From a virus (taxonomy: Duplodnaviria; Caudoviricetes): a stretch of 44,044 nucleotides of DNA. The notes beneath the pieces were generated by a model, which made no database searches, had not been told where the DNA came from, and worked only from the letters and a program-made list of their open reading frames with translations. Where the stretch lies: IMG/VR virus record IMGVR_UViG_3300014158_000352, positions 1 through 44,044 of that record, one strand, 5' to 3'. Position 1 is the stretch's first letter; each line of letters starts with the position of its first letter. Positions 34,545 through 43,528 of the stretch are shown here, piece after piece. The translations under genes and the position numbers were made by a program.

Positions 34545-35278
34545 TGGACGCCCTCGTCCTTCCCCGGTTGTGGTTGCCGCCCAAGGAGAAAGGGCTGTCG
34601 TTCCATCTGCCCAAATGGCGGGACATCGTCGCCATGTCGCCACTTGGCCAGATGGGTCCGAACCACGCAGGATCCACAGCTCCTCTTATCACCATCGTGC
34701 AGGCCACCGGGCTGACGTATGGCTTCAGCACCACCGACGTGACTTTCGGAGCGCAGCCAGCGGCAGGACACACGTTGGTGTTCGCGGCAGTCACTCCGGG
34801 CGGAAGCGTGGTGCCTACGTCGGGGACCGACACCTGGGTCACCGAGGCGAGCTACTCGGGGGCCCTCACGCAATCCCAGATCTCCATCTGCCTCTCCTCC
34901 GAAGGCGGGTCGGCCGACCAGACGATCGTCGGCACGATCAGCGGCGAGGACTGGATCGGATGGGCATGGGAGCTCGCTGGCGTCGCCTCGTTCGACAAAG
35001 CCTCAGGGAGCACCAGTGGGCTGACTCCGGGCAGTCTCACCCCGGCCATGTCAGGAGAGATCTTCTTCGCCGTGGGTGCCTGTTACGGATCGAGCCCCAT
35101 GTCGGCTCCGAGTGGATGGACCGATGCGGGCCATGGCGAGTTCCCGGCCAGTGGTGGCGGCGGATACCGGCCGAGCATCGCGGCTTACTTGAACCCTGGG
35201 GTCGGAGCGCAGAATCCGACCTTCGGTGCCGGCGGTAGCAATCCAGACTCGTCCGCCATGATCTGCCTCAAGCCATGA
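34544..35278 (+). CDS. Probable fibre-associated virion protein
   Basis: TAGTG coupling; beta-rich G/S/T composition. Confidence 0.6.
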   Translation: MDALVLPRLWLPPKEKGLSFHLPKWRDIVAMSPLGQMGPNHAGSTAPLITIVQATGLTYGFSTTDVTFGAQPAAGHTLVFAAVTPGGSVVPTSGTDTWVTEASYSGALTQSQISICLSSEGGSADQTIVGTISGEDWIGWAWELAGVASFDKASGSTSGLTPGSLTPAMSGEIFFAVGACYGSSPMSAPSGWTDAGHGEFPASGGGGYRPSIAAYLNPGVGAQNPTFGAGGSNPDSSAMICLKP

Positions 35279-36234
35279 GCCCGGTTCTCTCCCCTCCGTC
35301 AGCCGACATCGACTCAACGTTCACTGTCGGTTACCTGATTGACCGGACGTTCGACTTCTTGCTCGGCGGGGGACGCGAAGAGTTGAACCAACTCACCAGC
35401 ACGATCGACGACGAGACGACTTCGATCGACCTCAACTACACGCCGGCTGGCCTCGCCCAAGGGACCTACCTGGCTGTCGATGACGAGATCATGTTCGTCT
35501 GGGCGGTGTCGTCCGCGTCCGGGACGGCATCGGTGGTGACAGTGCAGCGAGGCATGAAAGGCACCCAACCCGCTGGGCACCTCGCAGGCGCGATTGTCCA
35601 GGTCAACCCGTATTTCCCGAAGTACCAGGTGCGCAAGACGCTCCAGGATGAGATCCGCAGTTGGGGACCCCAGGTCTTCGCGGTCAAGACCATCGACATC
35701 GCCGGTGTTGACTTCGTGCGCGGCTATGACCTAACCGGCATCGGGGCCTTCTTCTTTGGTCTCGACCTCACGGTCTCGCCGGATCCGTACACGGGCGTGG
35801 TGAGTTCGCAGAACTGGCGCCGCATCGACTACCGGATTGACTCAAGCGCCGACGTCTCGGTGTTTCCGTCGGGCGCCGCCCTGTTTGTCACCGACCCGGT
35901 CGGCATGTTCGACACACCGCGCACGCTGCATCTCACCTACGCGGCCCCGCTGGACGTCGACTCGTCGTTTCTCGACAACGACTCGCTAATCGAGATGGGC
36001 ATGGACGCGAGCGACGCGGACATTGCCCCCTACGGCGCGGCGTATCGGCTGGCCTCTGGACGTGAGATGCGCCGGATGCTGATCGAGGGTCAGGGTCAGA
36101 TCAGCGATCTCCAGAACTTCCCGCCCGGCTACCAGTTGAAAGCGGCCGAGGAGTTCAAGTCACTGCGTGATTCGCGGCTCCAGGACGCGATCCAGCGGCT
36201 ACGGACGAAGTACCCGATCAGGCGGATCTCGTGA
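35275..36234 (+). CDS. Probable tail adaptor (tubular protein A-like)
   Basis: 319 aa ahead of the nozzle-sized gene; VDDEIMFV..VQRG insertion; helical C-terminus. Confidence 0.55.
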   Translation: MSPVLSPPSADIDSTFTVGYLIDRTFDFLLGGGREELNQLTSTIDDETTSIDLNYTPAGLAQGTYLAVDDEIMFVWAVSSASGTASVVTVQRGMKGTQPAGHLAGAIVQVNPYFPKYQVRKTLQDEIRSWGPQVFAVKTIDIAGVDFVRGYDLTGIGAFFFGLDLTVSPDPYTGVVSSQNWRRIDYRIDSSADVSVFPSGAALFVTDPVGMFDTPRTLHLTYAAPLDVDSSFLDNDSLIEMGMDASDADIAPYGAAYRLASGREMRRMLIEGQGQISDLQNFPPGYQLKAAEEFKSLRDSRLQDAIQRLRTKYPIRRIS

Positions 36235-38486
36235 CGATCATCGACCGGCCCAGCCAGAACATCGACGAACTCTTCGACAGTCCATGGTTCTCCGGTGTCG
36301 GGTTGCCCAGAAACGAGACCGTCCCGGGCGTCTACCAGGTGGCCATCGGCGGCCACGGCTACATCATCGAGCCGAGCAAGTACCAGCGGGTTACGGTCCC
36401 TCTGCGACGCGAGTCGACTGACGAATCGGTCGAACCGGGCGAGCAAACATTGAACACCGCCGGGGCGTGGCGCAGATCCCAAGACAACTGGTTCCTTGGC
36501 GCCGGCCAGCAATACCTCGACAACAGGTTTGCCTTCGTGTCGGTCTACACGCACTCGGGCGAGGACCCCTCCGTGCGCACTCGGTTTTGGAGGTCCAAAG
36601 GAGTCAATCCCTGGGTCGAGGGGGCGTTGAGTCTTCTCCCTGAGTACGGACAGATCCTCACCATCGGATCGGGTTCGATCTGCATCGCCGTCGGCCCGTA
36701 TCTCTACATTTGGGACGGCACCACGCTCAAGTTCACCGAGAGCCCGACCTACCCAAGCCCAACGTGGACGACGGTCAGCACGCCGACGGGGGGCTCGTGG
36801 CCGACGGTGTTCTCCATGACGACGGACGGTTCGAGTCTCTTCCTCGCGCTGGGCAACTACGGCATCGCCGTCACTGTCGGCGGAGCGACTACCTCGTCTC
36901 TGCTGCGACCGACGGGTCCGACCCCATCGGTCGCGGCGCACGGGACGACCGGATCGACAAGCTGGGAATACTTCGTGGTCGCCACCGACGCCAACGGCTT
37001 CAAGTCGCTGGTCTCGACCGGGACCACAATCACCAACGGGAATGCCACGCTGTCGAGCGGCAACTACAACCTCGTCACCTGGGCGGCCGTCGAGGGCGCG
37101 GTCAGCTACGACGTGCTCCGGGGCGGGACATCGACGGCGATTGCGGTGGGTTTGACCGGGCTCAGCTACACGGACAACGGATCTGCTTCGACCCAGGCGT
37201 ACACGCCTCCGACGACCAGCACCGAGAACCTCCAGGCCAACTTTGTGACATATGGCAACAGCTTCCTGCTCGGGGGCGCCGGTCCGCTGCTGGCCCAGGT
37301 TGACGCCAATGGGATGACCACCCTGGTCATGCAGCACTTCAATCCAGCCTTTGTGTGGAACGCCGGCTGCGGGTCGCCGGTGGCCATCTACGTGTCGGGC
37401 TACGCGGGCAACATCTCGGAGCTCTACGGCGTCCAACTCTCGACAACCACCTTCGGGCTCGCGCCGCCCTACATCGCCGGCCAGGTCTCAGACGGGGAGA
37501 TCATCAACGATCTGGCCTACTACCAGGGGCTGGTGATCATGGCGACGTCGCTGGGTGTGCGCACTGCCCAGGATGCCGACCAGAACGGCCACCTCGAGAA
37601 CGGCCCGGTGATCGAGCAGCTCGGCGCGTCACTGTGCTGCGTACCGTGGGGTGCCTACGTCTGGTTCGGCGTGACGGACTTCGCCGAGGCCGACGGGATC
37701 TGGCCAGGCACCAACATCTCAAGCGGCACGGGGCGGCTCTTCTTGTCCGAGTTTTCTGACGCGTTGATCCCGGCTTACGCGAGCGATGTGTTGGCACCGA
37801 ACGGGGTCACTGGCAACGCCACCAGCGTGGCGATCCTGGGAGGGACGCCTTACTTCACCATCGACGGTGTCGGTCTCTTCGGCCCCACTGGCAACGTTGT
37901 CGCTGAGGGCTACCTGGAGGCCGGCTACGTGCGCTACGGGACGATCGAGGACAAGATCCTCATCTCAGCCGACGTGCGTCACGATCCATTGCCGGCCGAG
38001 TCTCAGGTCCAGATCATGGTTGTGCCCTTCGGCGGGGCGTCGTTCCTTTGCACCCCCTCCAATGAGGTGGGCTCGATCGGCCCCACTGCCGTGGCGTCAA
38101 CCGGCGACTACGTGGGGGAGGCGTTCCAGATCATCCCTGTTCTCACGCGCTCGGCATCCAACCCCGCAGTCGGCCCAGTACTACGCCGATGGACGGTGCG
38201 TGCCCTGATCATCGCCATTCGCCAGGACCAGATCATCGTGCCGGTCATCTGGCGCGACGAGGTGATCAGCCCGGTCGGTGACGGGACCGCGCTCGGCCAA
38301 GACCTCGTCGAGGAATGGAAGTACTTGAAGGCGCTCGAGACGTCTGGGGAGACCTTCATCTACCAGGAAGGTTCGCAGGCATATCCCTGCATCATCGACC
38401 AGGTCGAACTCGAGGCAGAGAAGTGGAACGACCAAAAGACGATGCTCGAAGGCATCCTCTCCCTCAAGCTGCTTACGGTCAACTAG
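36231..38486 (+). CDS. Probable tail nozzle (tubular protein B-like)
   Basis: 751 aa beta-rich; WRRSQDNWFLGAGQ..RFWRSKGVNPW; GYLEAGYVRYGTIEDK. Confidence 0.6.
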   Translation: MTIIDRPSQNIDELFDSPWFSGVGLPRNETVPGVYQVAIGGHGYIIEPSKYQRVTVPLRRESTDESVEPGEQTLNTAGAWRRSQDNWFLGAGQQYLDNRFAFVSVYTHSGEDPSVRTRFWRSKGVNPWVEGALSLLPEYGQILTIGSGSICIAVGPYLYIWDGTTLKFTESPTYPSPTWTTVSTPTGGSWPTVFSMTTDGSSLFLALGNYGIAVTVGGATTSSLLRPTGPTPSVAAHGTTGSTSWEYFVVATDANGFKSLVSTGTTITNGNATLSSGNYNLVTWAAVEGAVSYDVLRGGTSTAIAVGLTGLSYTDNGSASTQAYTPPTTSTENLQANFVTYGNSFLLGGAGPLLAQVDANGMTTLVMQHFNPAFVWNAGCGSPVAIYVSGYAGNISELYGVQLSTTTFGLAPPYIAGQVSDGEIINDLAYYQGLVIMATSLGVRTAQDADQNGHLENGPVIEQLGASLCCVPWGAYVWFGVTDFAEADGIWPGTNISSGTGRLFLSEFSDALIPAYASDVLAPNGVTGNATSVAILGGTPYFTIDGVGLFGPTGNVVAEGYLEAGYVRYGTIEDKILISADVRHDPLPAESQVQIMVVPFGGASFLCTPSNEVGSIGPTAVASTGDYVGEAFQIIPVLTRSASNPAVGPVLRRWTVRALIIAIRQDQIIVPVIWRDEVISPVGDGTALGQDLVEEWKYLKALETSGETFIYQEGSQAYPCIIDQVELEAEKWNDQKTMLEGILSLKLLTVN

Positions 38487-38495
38487 GAGCCCGAC

Positions 38496-39650
38496 ATGGT
38501 CATGCCGAAGAGCTACTCAGGAAACGCACAGGCGACGACCTTGTCCTCGAGCATCATCAACTCGAGCACCAGCTTGCCGGTCTTGGCCACGACTGGGTTT
38601 CCCAATACCGCCGACGGGCCCTTCGTGGTCTGCATCGACCGGGGGACGCCCCTTGAGGAGAAGGTCCTGATCGCCTCGTACACCACGACGGCGCTCACGG
38701 TGGCTGACAACGGACGCGGGTACGACGGCACCACGGCGGTCTCGCACACTGCGGGCGCCTCGGTGGTCTGCACGCTCGACGCGGTCACGGTCACACAGCT
38801 AGTTGACTTCGCCACCTCGATCGGGACGGTGCTGCCGACCACGTCTGCGATCGGCGATGCCGCCGCGCTCGGGACGTCCCCCGTGCCGGCGGCGGCGGAC
38901 CATAAGCATGGGCGCGAATCATTCTCCTCCGGGACCACCACCAGCTCAGCTCTCGGCGACTCGGTGCTTGATGGGTCCTCGATCCACCCGGCGCACGCCG
39001 ACCACAAGCATGGGCGCGAGAGCTTCGCGGTCGACGAGACCACGAACTCGGCACCTGGGGACTCGGCCAACGACGGGACCTCGACGAGCCCATCGCGCGC
39101 TGACCACAAGCACGGCCGGGAATCAGCCGCAGGCGTCCCCTACGGGTCCGGGCTGACCACCACCTCGGCCTTCGGCGACTCGGTTTACGATGGTGTCTCA
39201 GCCGACGTCGCCCGGGCTGACCACCGGCATGGCCGGGAGAGCCTGTATGCCTCTGCGCCGAAGGCCGACGTGTCGGGTGGCGCGGTGGGCACTGCGATCA
39301 CCCCGGCGCCGGGAGACCACCAGCATCCCCTCGGGCCCTACCTCGCCGGCCCGCTTGTTGTCGCGGGATCCGCTGTCGGCGCCACGCCGAACAACGACAC
39401 ATTCCAGTTTGGCTTTGTCAATCAGATCCCGGTGTCGGGGGGAATCACCAATATCATCAGCTTCGCCTCGGCATTCCCCAATGCGTGCGACGGAGTCATC
39501 GTGTGCGGCATCGCGGCACCAGGGAACGACCAGACGACCAACGTCGACCCGAGCACCATCACGCCGTCGGGGTTCAGGGCGTCAGTCAACGTGGCAGGGA
39601 CCGCCTTCTCTGGCCTCTCGTCGTTGTGTTACATCGCGTGGGGACACTGA
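38496..39650 (+). CDS. Fibre protein with His-x-His repeats
   Basis: AGGAG SD; RGYDGT N-domain; five DH(K/R/Q)H repeats; C-terminal SFASAFPNAC..YIAWGH. Confidence 0.78.
   Translation: MVMPKSYSGNAQATTLSSSIINSSTSLPVLATTGFPNTADGPFVVCIDRGTPLEEKVLIASYTTTALTVADNGRGYDGTTAVSHTAGASVVCTLDAVTVTQLVDFATSIGTVLPTTSAIGDAAALGTSPVPAAADHKHGRESFSSGTTTSSALGDSVLDGSSIHPAHADHKHGRESFAVDETTNSAPGDSANDGTSTSPSRADHKHGRESAAGVPYGSGLTTTSAFGDSVYDGVSADVARADHRHGRESLYASAPKADVSGGAVGTAITPAPGDHQHPLGPYLAGPLVVAGSAVGATPNNDTFQFGFVNQIPVSGGITNIISFASAFPNACDGVIVCGIAAPGNDQTTNVDPSTITPSGFRASVNVAGTAFSGLSSLCYIAWGH
38898..39326 (+). repeat. Five degenerate coding repeats (ADHKHGRES)
   Basis: DHxH codons at 38898, 39000, 39102, 39219 and 39315 (spacing 102, 102, 117, 96 bp). 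Confidence 0.85.
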
Positions 39651-40588
39651 TGGCTGAGCAACTGGTGATCGACTATGCGTGGCAGCATCCGAATCCAGCG
39701 GCGATCGCAGCCGCAGGGTACAAGGGCGTGCTCCGGTATCTTTCGGGCGACTCGACCAAGAACCTGAGCACAGCGGAAGCGGCATCGCTGCTGGCGGTGT
39801 TTCTCTGGATCCTGCTCGTGTGGGAAACCACAGCAACCCGGGCGACGGGTGGATCCGCCGCGGGCGTTGCCGATGCCCTCCAGGCCAACGACATGGCCGA
39901 CGCGCTGGGCTATCCGGCCAACTGCTCGCTGTTCTTCGCGGTCGACGAGCAAGTCGCGTGGTCGGCGGTCGAGCCGTACTTCGGGGGCGCGGTGTCCGTC
40001 AGCCGCCGAGCCGTGCTGCCCTACGGGAGCAACGAGATCATCGACGGCTTCTTCGCCACCTTCGGCGGAAAGGGCTGGCAGACGGCTGCCTGGAGCTCGG
40101 GCGAGGTCTCATCCAACGCGGCCCTGTACCAGCGGGTCACGCCGACGCTCCCGCCGATCGCCGGTGCCGCCGGTGAGTACGACGAGAACGTCATCTTGAG
40201 TCCCCTCACCTGGTGGGGCGGCTCGATCAGTCCACAACCACAGGAGGAAGACGTGGCAATCCTGACCCTTGCACCCAACCCCGTCGGGCAGCCGCTCGAC
40301 ATTCCTTCGACCCCGGGCGTCGCCGAGGCGATCGTGGTGAGCTTCGACGCGATCTCCAATGGGTTGTCGACCTGTGCCCTTCGCGTCGCCGCCCACAAGG
40401 ACGACGGGTCGGATGGCTGGATCCAGCCGCCGGTGACACAGGGCACTGAACCCCAGCCGCTCGGGTTCCTTGCCGATGGCACCGTGACGGTCACCAAGGG
40501 CTGGCCGATCACGATCACGATCCCGGTCGGTTGCGACAGCGTGAGCTTGCGCAATCAAGGAGCCGTCGATCTGACGGTGCGCGTCTGA
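39650..40588 (+). CDS. Endolysin, DUF1906/Rv2525c-like glycoside hydrolase
   Basis: IDYAW..AAGYKGVLRYLS..KNLS..LVWE..FFAVD..YFGG..YG..WQTAAWS..LYQR..DEN. Confidence 0.85.
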   Translation: MAEQLVIDYAWQHPNPAAIAAAGYKGVLRYLSGDSTKNLSTAEAASLLAVFLWILLVWETTATRATGGSAAGVADALQANDMADALGYPANCSLFFAVDEQVAWSAVEPYFGGAVSVSRRAVLPYGSNEIIDGFFATFGGKGWQTAAWSSGEVSSNAALYQRVTPTLPPIAGAAGEYDENVILSPLTWWGGSISPQPQEEDVAILTLAPNPVGQPLDIPSTPGVAEAIVVSFDAISNGLSTCALRVAAHKDDGSDGWIQPPVTQGTEPQPLGFLADGTVTVTKGWPITITIPVGCDSVSLRNQGAVDLTVRV

Positions 40589-40592
40589 TCCG

Positions 40593-41012
40593 GTGCTCGC
40601 CGTTTCCCAGGGAGTGAACGGGCTCTACATCTTCGCCAGCATCGCGGGAGGCTTCGCGACCGCGTTGATTGTCGCCGGTGGCATCGCTCGGTTCTTTTGG
40701 AAACGGTTTGAGAAGGCAGTCGATGAGAAGGGAAACGCACTGGCCCAGGAGCTCGTAGGTTCGTTCGCTTCGGACATCTCAGACATCAAGAACCAGGTGA
40801 TCGGCAACGGAGGGCATACATTGACTCTTGCTGACACGGTGCAACGTATCGAAGACAAGAGCGATGAAGCGGCCCGGCTGGCGTCATCGGCTGCAAAGTC
40901 GGCCTCAACGGCAGCGGACCAACTCGTGCAGGTGGCCCAGCGCCTCGAAGACCATGTCCTCGTCGACGAGACGCTGCACGCGACGTTTATGCGATTCATG
41001 GATGGCCAATGA
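40593..41012 (+). CDS. Single-TM lysis-cassette membrane protein
   Basis: N-terminal hydrophobic helix then coiled coil (NGGHTLTLAD). Confidence 0.72.
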   Translation: MLAVSQGVNGLYIFASIAGGFATALIVAGGIARFFWKRFEKAVDEKGNALAQELVGSFASDISDIKNQVIGNGGHTLTLADTVQRIEDKSDEAARLASSAAKSASTAADQLVQVAQRLEDHVLVDETLHATFMRFMDGQ

Positions 41013-41458
41013 ACGAATCGCCCCACGATCGAGTCTGGGGCTCGCACCCGGCGGTGACGACGGGCTCGGATTGTCCACTGGGGCAGCGGGCGGCCGACCG
41101 GATGAAAGCCACGTTGGCGACGTGGACCGCCCTTGCCTGTATGGGCTTGTTCATCGGTGTGTGGATGATCGTGAACAGCCATATCGGGGGGAAGCATTTT
41201 GACCCGTATCCGTGGATCCTGCTCAACCTCATGCTCTCGACACTGGCAGGCTTGCAGTGTTTCGTGCTGCTCATCGCCAACAAACGGGGCGAGCAGATCG
41301 CAGCCGAGATCGCGGTCCACACGGTGGACAACACCGAGGACATCAAGACCCTGGTCGCGGCCAACACGGAGCTGACTGAGGCGGTCAAGAAGGACACCAC
41401 CCTCTTGGAGGAGATCCACGCGCACGTGTCAGGCCAGCCGGGGAGGATCGATCCGTGA
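41009..41458 (+). CDS. DUF1003-like two-TM membrane protein
   Basis: LGQRAADRM..W..FDPYPWILLNLMLSTLAGLQ. Confidence 0.85.
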   Translation: MNESPHDRVWGSHPAVTTGSDCPLGQRAADRMKATLATWTALACMGLFIGVWMIVNSHIGGKHFDPYPWILLNLMLSTLAGLQCFVLLIANKRGEQIAAEIAVHTVDNTEDIKTLVAANTELTEAVKKDTTLLEEIHAHVSGQPGRIDP

Positions 41459-41757
41459 CCCTCTTCCTCCACATCGCCTTCTATTCCCTGCTTGGCTGCG
41501 TGGCCATGGCCGCCCAGGACGCCACCGGGACGGCGCTGGTGGCGGCCATCGGAAGGGGCCAAAGCAAGCTGGCCGGGCGCCTCGATGCGGCGGGAGACGC
41601 GGCCAAGTTCGTCATGTTCTCCTACAGCGGCGGCCTGTTGCTCACCAAGTACGCCCCCTGGGGGATCCTCGGCCTGGTCCCGATCATGCTCACGAGCCGG
41701 TACACCACGAGCAGCGTGACCGAGCTGGCCAATCGCACGATCAAAGAAAAGACCTGA
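41455..41757 (+). CDS. Small multi-TM membrane protein (holin candidate)
   Basis: Hydrophobic segments, basic C-terminus; GGGAGG SD, GTGA coupling. Confidence 0.6.
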   Translation: MTLFLHIAFYSLLGCVAMAAQDATGTALVAAIGRGQSKLAGRLDAAGDAAKFVMFSYSGGLLLTKYAPWGILGLVPIMLTSRYTTSSVTELANRTIKEKT

Positions 41758-41805
41758 TGCGCCCCGGGCTGTGTGCTTCGGTGGCGATGAGACAAGGAGC
41801 CTGAC

Positions 41806-42156
41806 ATGGCCGTCCCTACGAACGTAACTGTGATCGCCTACCCGGGCCCTCCCACGACACATCAGTCATATCAGGCGTGGGCGGTCAATGACATCGTGAT
41901 CGACTCCAACGCGGTGATCTGGCGATGCACTCACGATGGGACGGCCGACGCTGGCGGCGCTGCCACCTTCGTCGAGGACCCGGGGGGACTAGCACTCGGT
42001 TTGGCCGGTGGCCATATGACCGGGGTGTTCTTCCCGATGCAGGCCCCAACCGCGTCCGCCCCGGCCTACGTGCTGGGCGGTATGTACTTCGACACCACGC
42101 TCAAGAAGCTCCGCATCGGCGGGGCGTCGGCGTGGGAGACCGTCAGCTCATCGTGA
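41806..42156 (+). CDS. Probable virion/fibre-related protein
   Basis: AAGGAG SD; WAVNDIV..WRCT and GGMYFDTTLKKLRIG..WETV motifs. Confidence 0.65.
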   Translation: MAVPTNVTVIAYPGPPTTHQSYQAWAVNDIVIDSNAVIWRCTHDGTADAGGAATFVEDPGGLALGLAGGHMTGVFFPMQAPTASAPAYVLGGMYFDTTLKKLRIGGASAWETVSSS

Positions 42157-42181
42157 ACTTTCAGAACAAGGAGCAGGACAT

Positions 42182-42745
42182 ATGACCGCATTGATGGAGC
42201 GCCAGGGGTTTCTCACCCGGGGCAAGGTGGTGCGCTTCCGGGCGTCCCACATCGCCGAGGCGCGGCGATCGGGCTTGGCCATCGCCACGATGGATGAGCT
42301 GCTTCGCTTCGGCGTCGACCCGTACTCGGTGACCGAGTTCGAGGGCAATCTTGAGGTCAACGGCGGCTTGAACGCCATGCTGACCCTGCTCATCGGCGGC
42401 GGTGGCACCACGTATGCCCACGCCAACGCCCGGCTGTGCGTGGGCGACGGCAACGGAACCGTCCCGACGGCGGCCGCCACGGACACCACGCTGGCCGCCA
42501 CGACCAACAGGTACAACCAGGCGTGTGACACCTCGTATCCCTCCGTGGCAGCGGCAGTGCTGACCGCCCAGTCAACCTTCCCGACCGGCCAGGGCAACTA
42601 CGTCTGGAATGAGTGGGGGATGGACAACGGTGGTTCCTCGGGCTCTGGCGCCGCGTCGGGCCTCTTCAACCACCGGGGTGTGAACCTCGGGACCAAGACC
42701 TCGGCGAGCGCCTGGGCGCTCCAGATCACGATCACGCAATCCTGA
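42182..42745 (+). CDS. Probable virion structural protein
   Basis: AAGGAG SD; VGDG..AAATDTTL..GNYVWNEWG..LFNH..LGTK. Confidence 0.7.
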   Translation: MTALMERQGFLTRGKVVRFRASHIAEARRSGLAIATMDELLRFGVDPYSVTEFEGNLEVNGGLNAMLTLLIGGGGTTYAHANARLCVGDGNGTVPTAAATDTTLAATTNRYNQACDTSYPSVAAAVLTAQSTFPTGQGNYVWNEWGMDNGGSSGSGAASGLFNHRGVNLGTKTSASAWALQITITQS

Positions 42746-42996
42746 TGGCGACGATCCCTGTTGTCTGCCCCCAGTGCAACGTTGCCACCACGGTCACGTA
42801 CCCGGACGACTTCGCCGGCATCTTGCGCTGGGAGCACGGCTGCCCGCCGGCCGACGAACACGGCAACCTCATCCCTCCCTACCAGGGGACCGAACTGATC
42901 GGTGAGCCAGCGGCGACAGAGTTCCCGCCGGTGCCCGAGGGCGTCGTCGCGATCCGAGACGACGAGGTAGGGACCGGGACCTCCGGGGAGGGCTGA
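42745..42996 (+). CDS. Hypothetical protein
   Basis: TGATG coupling; CPQC..HGC. Confidence 0.55.
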   Translation: MATIPVVCPQCNVATTVTYPDDFAGILRWEHGCPPADEHGNLIPPYQGTELIGEPAATEFPPVPEGVVAIRDDEVGTGTSGEG

Positions 42997-42997
42997 C

Positions 42998-43522
42998 ATG
43001 GCCAAGCGTTACCTAGTGATGAACCAGGCGGCCGGCGCCGCCACTGCCCCTTTTCAAGGTGTCGTCACCTCGGCGACCCTCTTCACCCTGCTCCAAATTG
43101 TCCCCGCCACCAACAGCCCGCTCGAGATCGTGGAGTGGAACATCTCGTTCAACGGCTCGGCCCTCGCCACCCCGTTCGCCTGTGACCTCGTGGAGACGGG
43201 CACCGTCGCTGCCACCGTGACCGCCTCGGTGGTGGGCGACATCATGCCCTACGACGATCCGAACGCCCCGGCCAACACGTCAGGGAGCTCGGGCGTCCCG
43301 CTCAACCTCGGCACGGCTCTCACGGGGTACACGTCCTCGGCCGAAGGCTCGATCACTGCACAACGCGTGTTCGATTCCCAGAATGTCGAACCCATCGGGG
43401 GCTACTTCAAGCAGTTCCCGCTCGGGGAGCGCCCGGCCATCTTGCCTGGACACATCTTGCGGGTGCGTTGCCACGGCGATGGCGCGACCAAGGCCGTAGC
43501 GACCGTCGTCATCCAGGTCTAA
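42998..43522 (+). CDS. Probable beta-sandwich virion protein
   Basis: GGAGGG SD; TLLQIV..IVEWNISFNG..QFPLGERP..LRVR. Confidence 0.7.
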   Translation: MAKRYLVMNQAAGAATAPFQGVVTSATLFTLLQIVPATNSPLEIVEWNISFNGSALATPFACDLVETGTVAATVTASVVGDIMPYDDPNAPANTSGSSGVPLNLGTALTGYTSSAEGSITAQRVFDSQNVEPIGGYFKQFPLGERPAILPGHILRVRCHGDGATKAVATVVIQV

Positions 43523-43528
43523 GGCCCC

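Noticed and set aside
38898-39326. Repeats as a CRISPR array or DGR template/variable repeats
   Set aside because: In-frame coding repeats with synonymous divergence; no reverse transcriptase gene present
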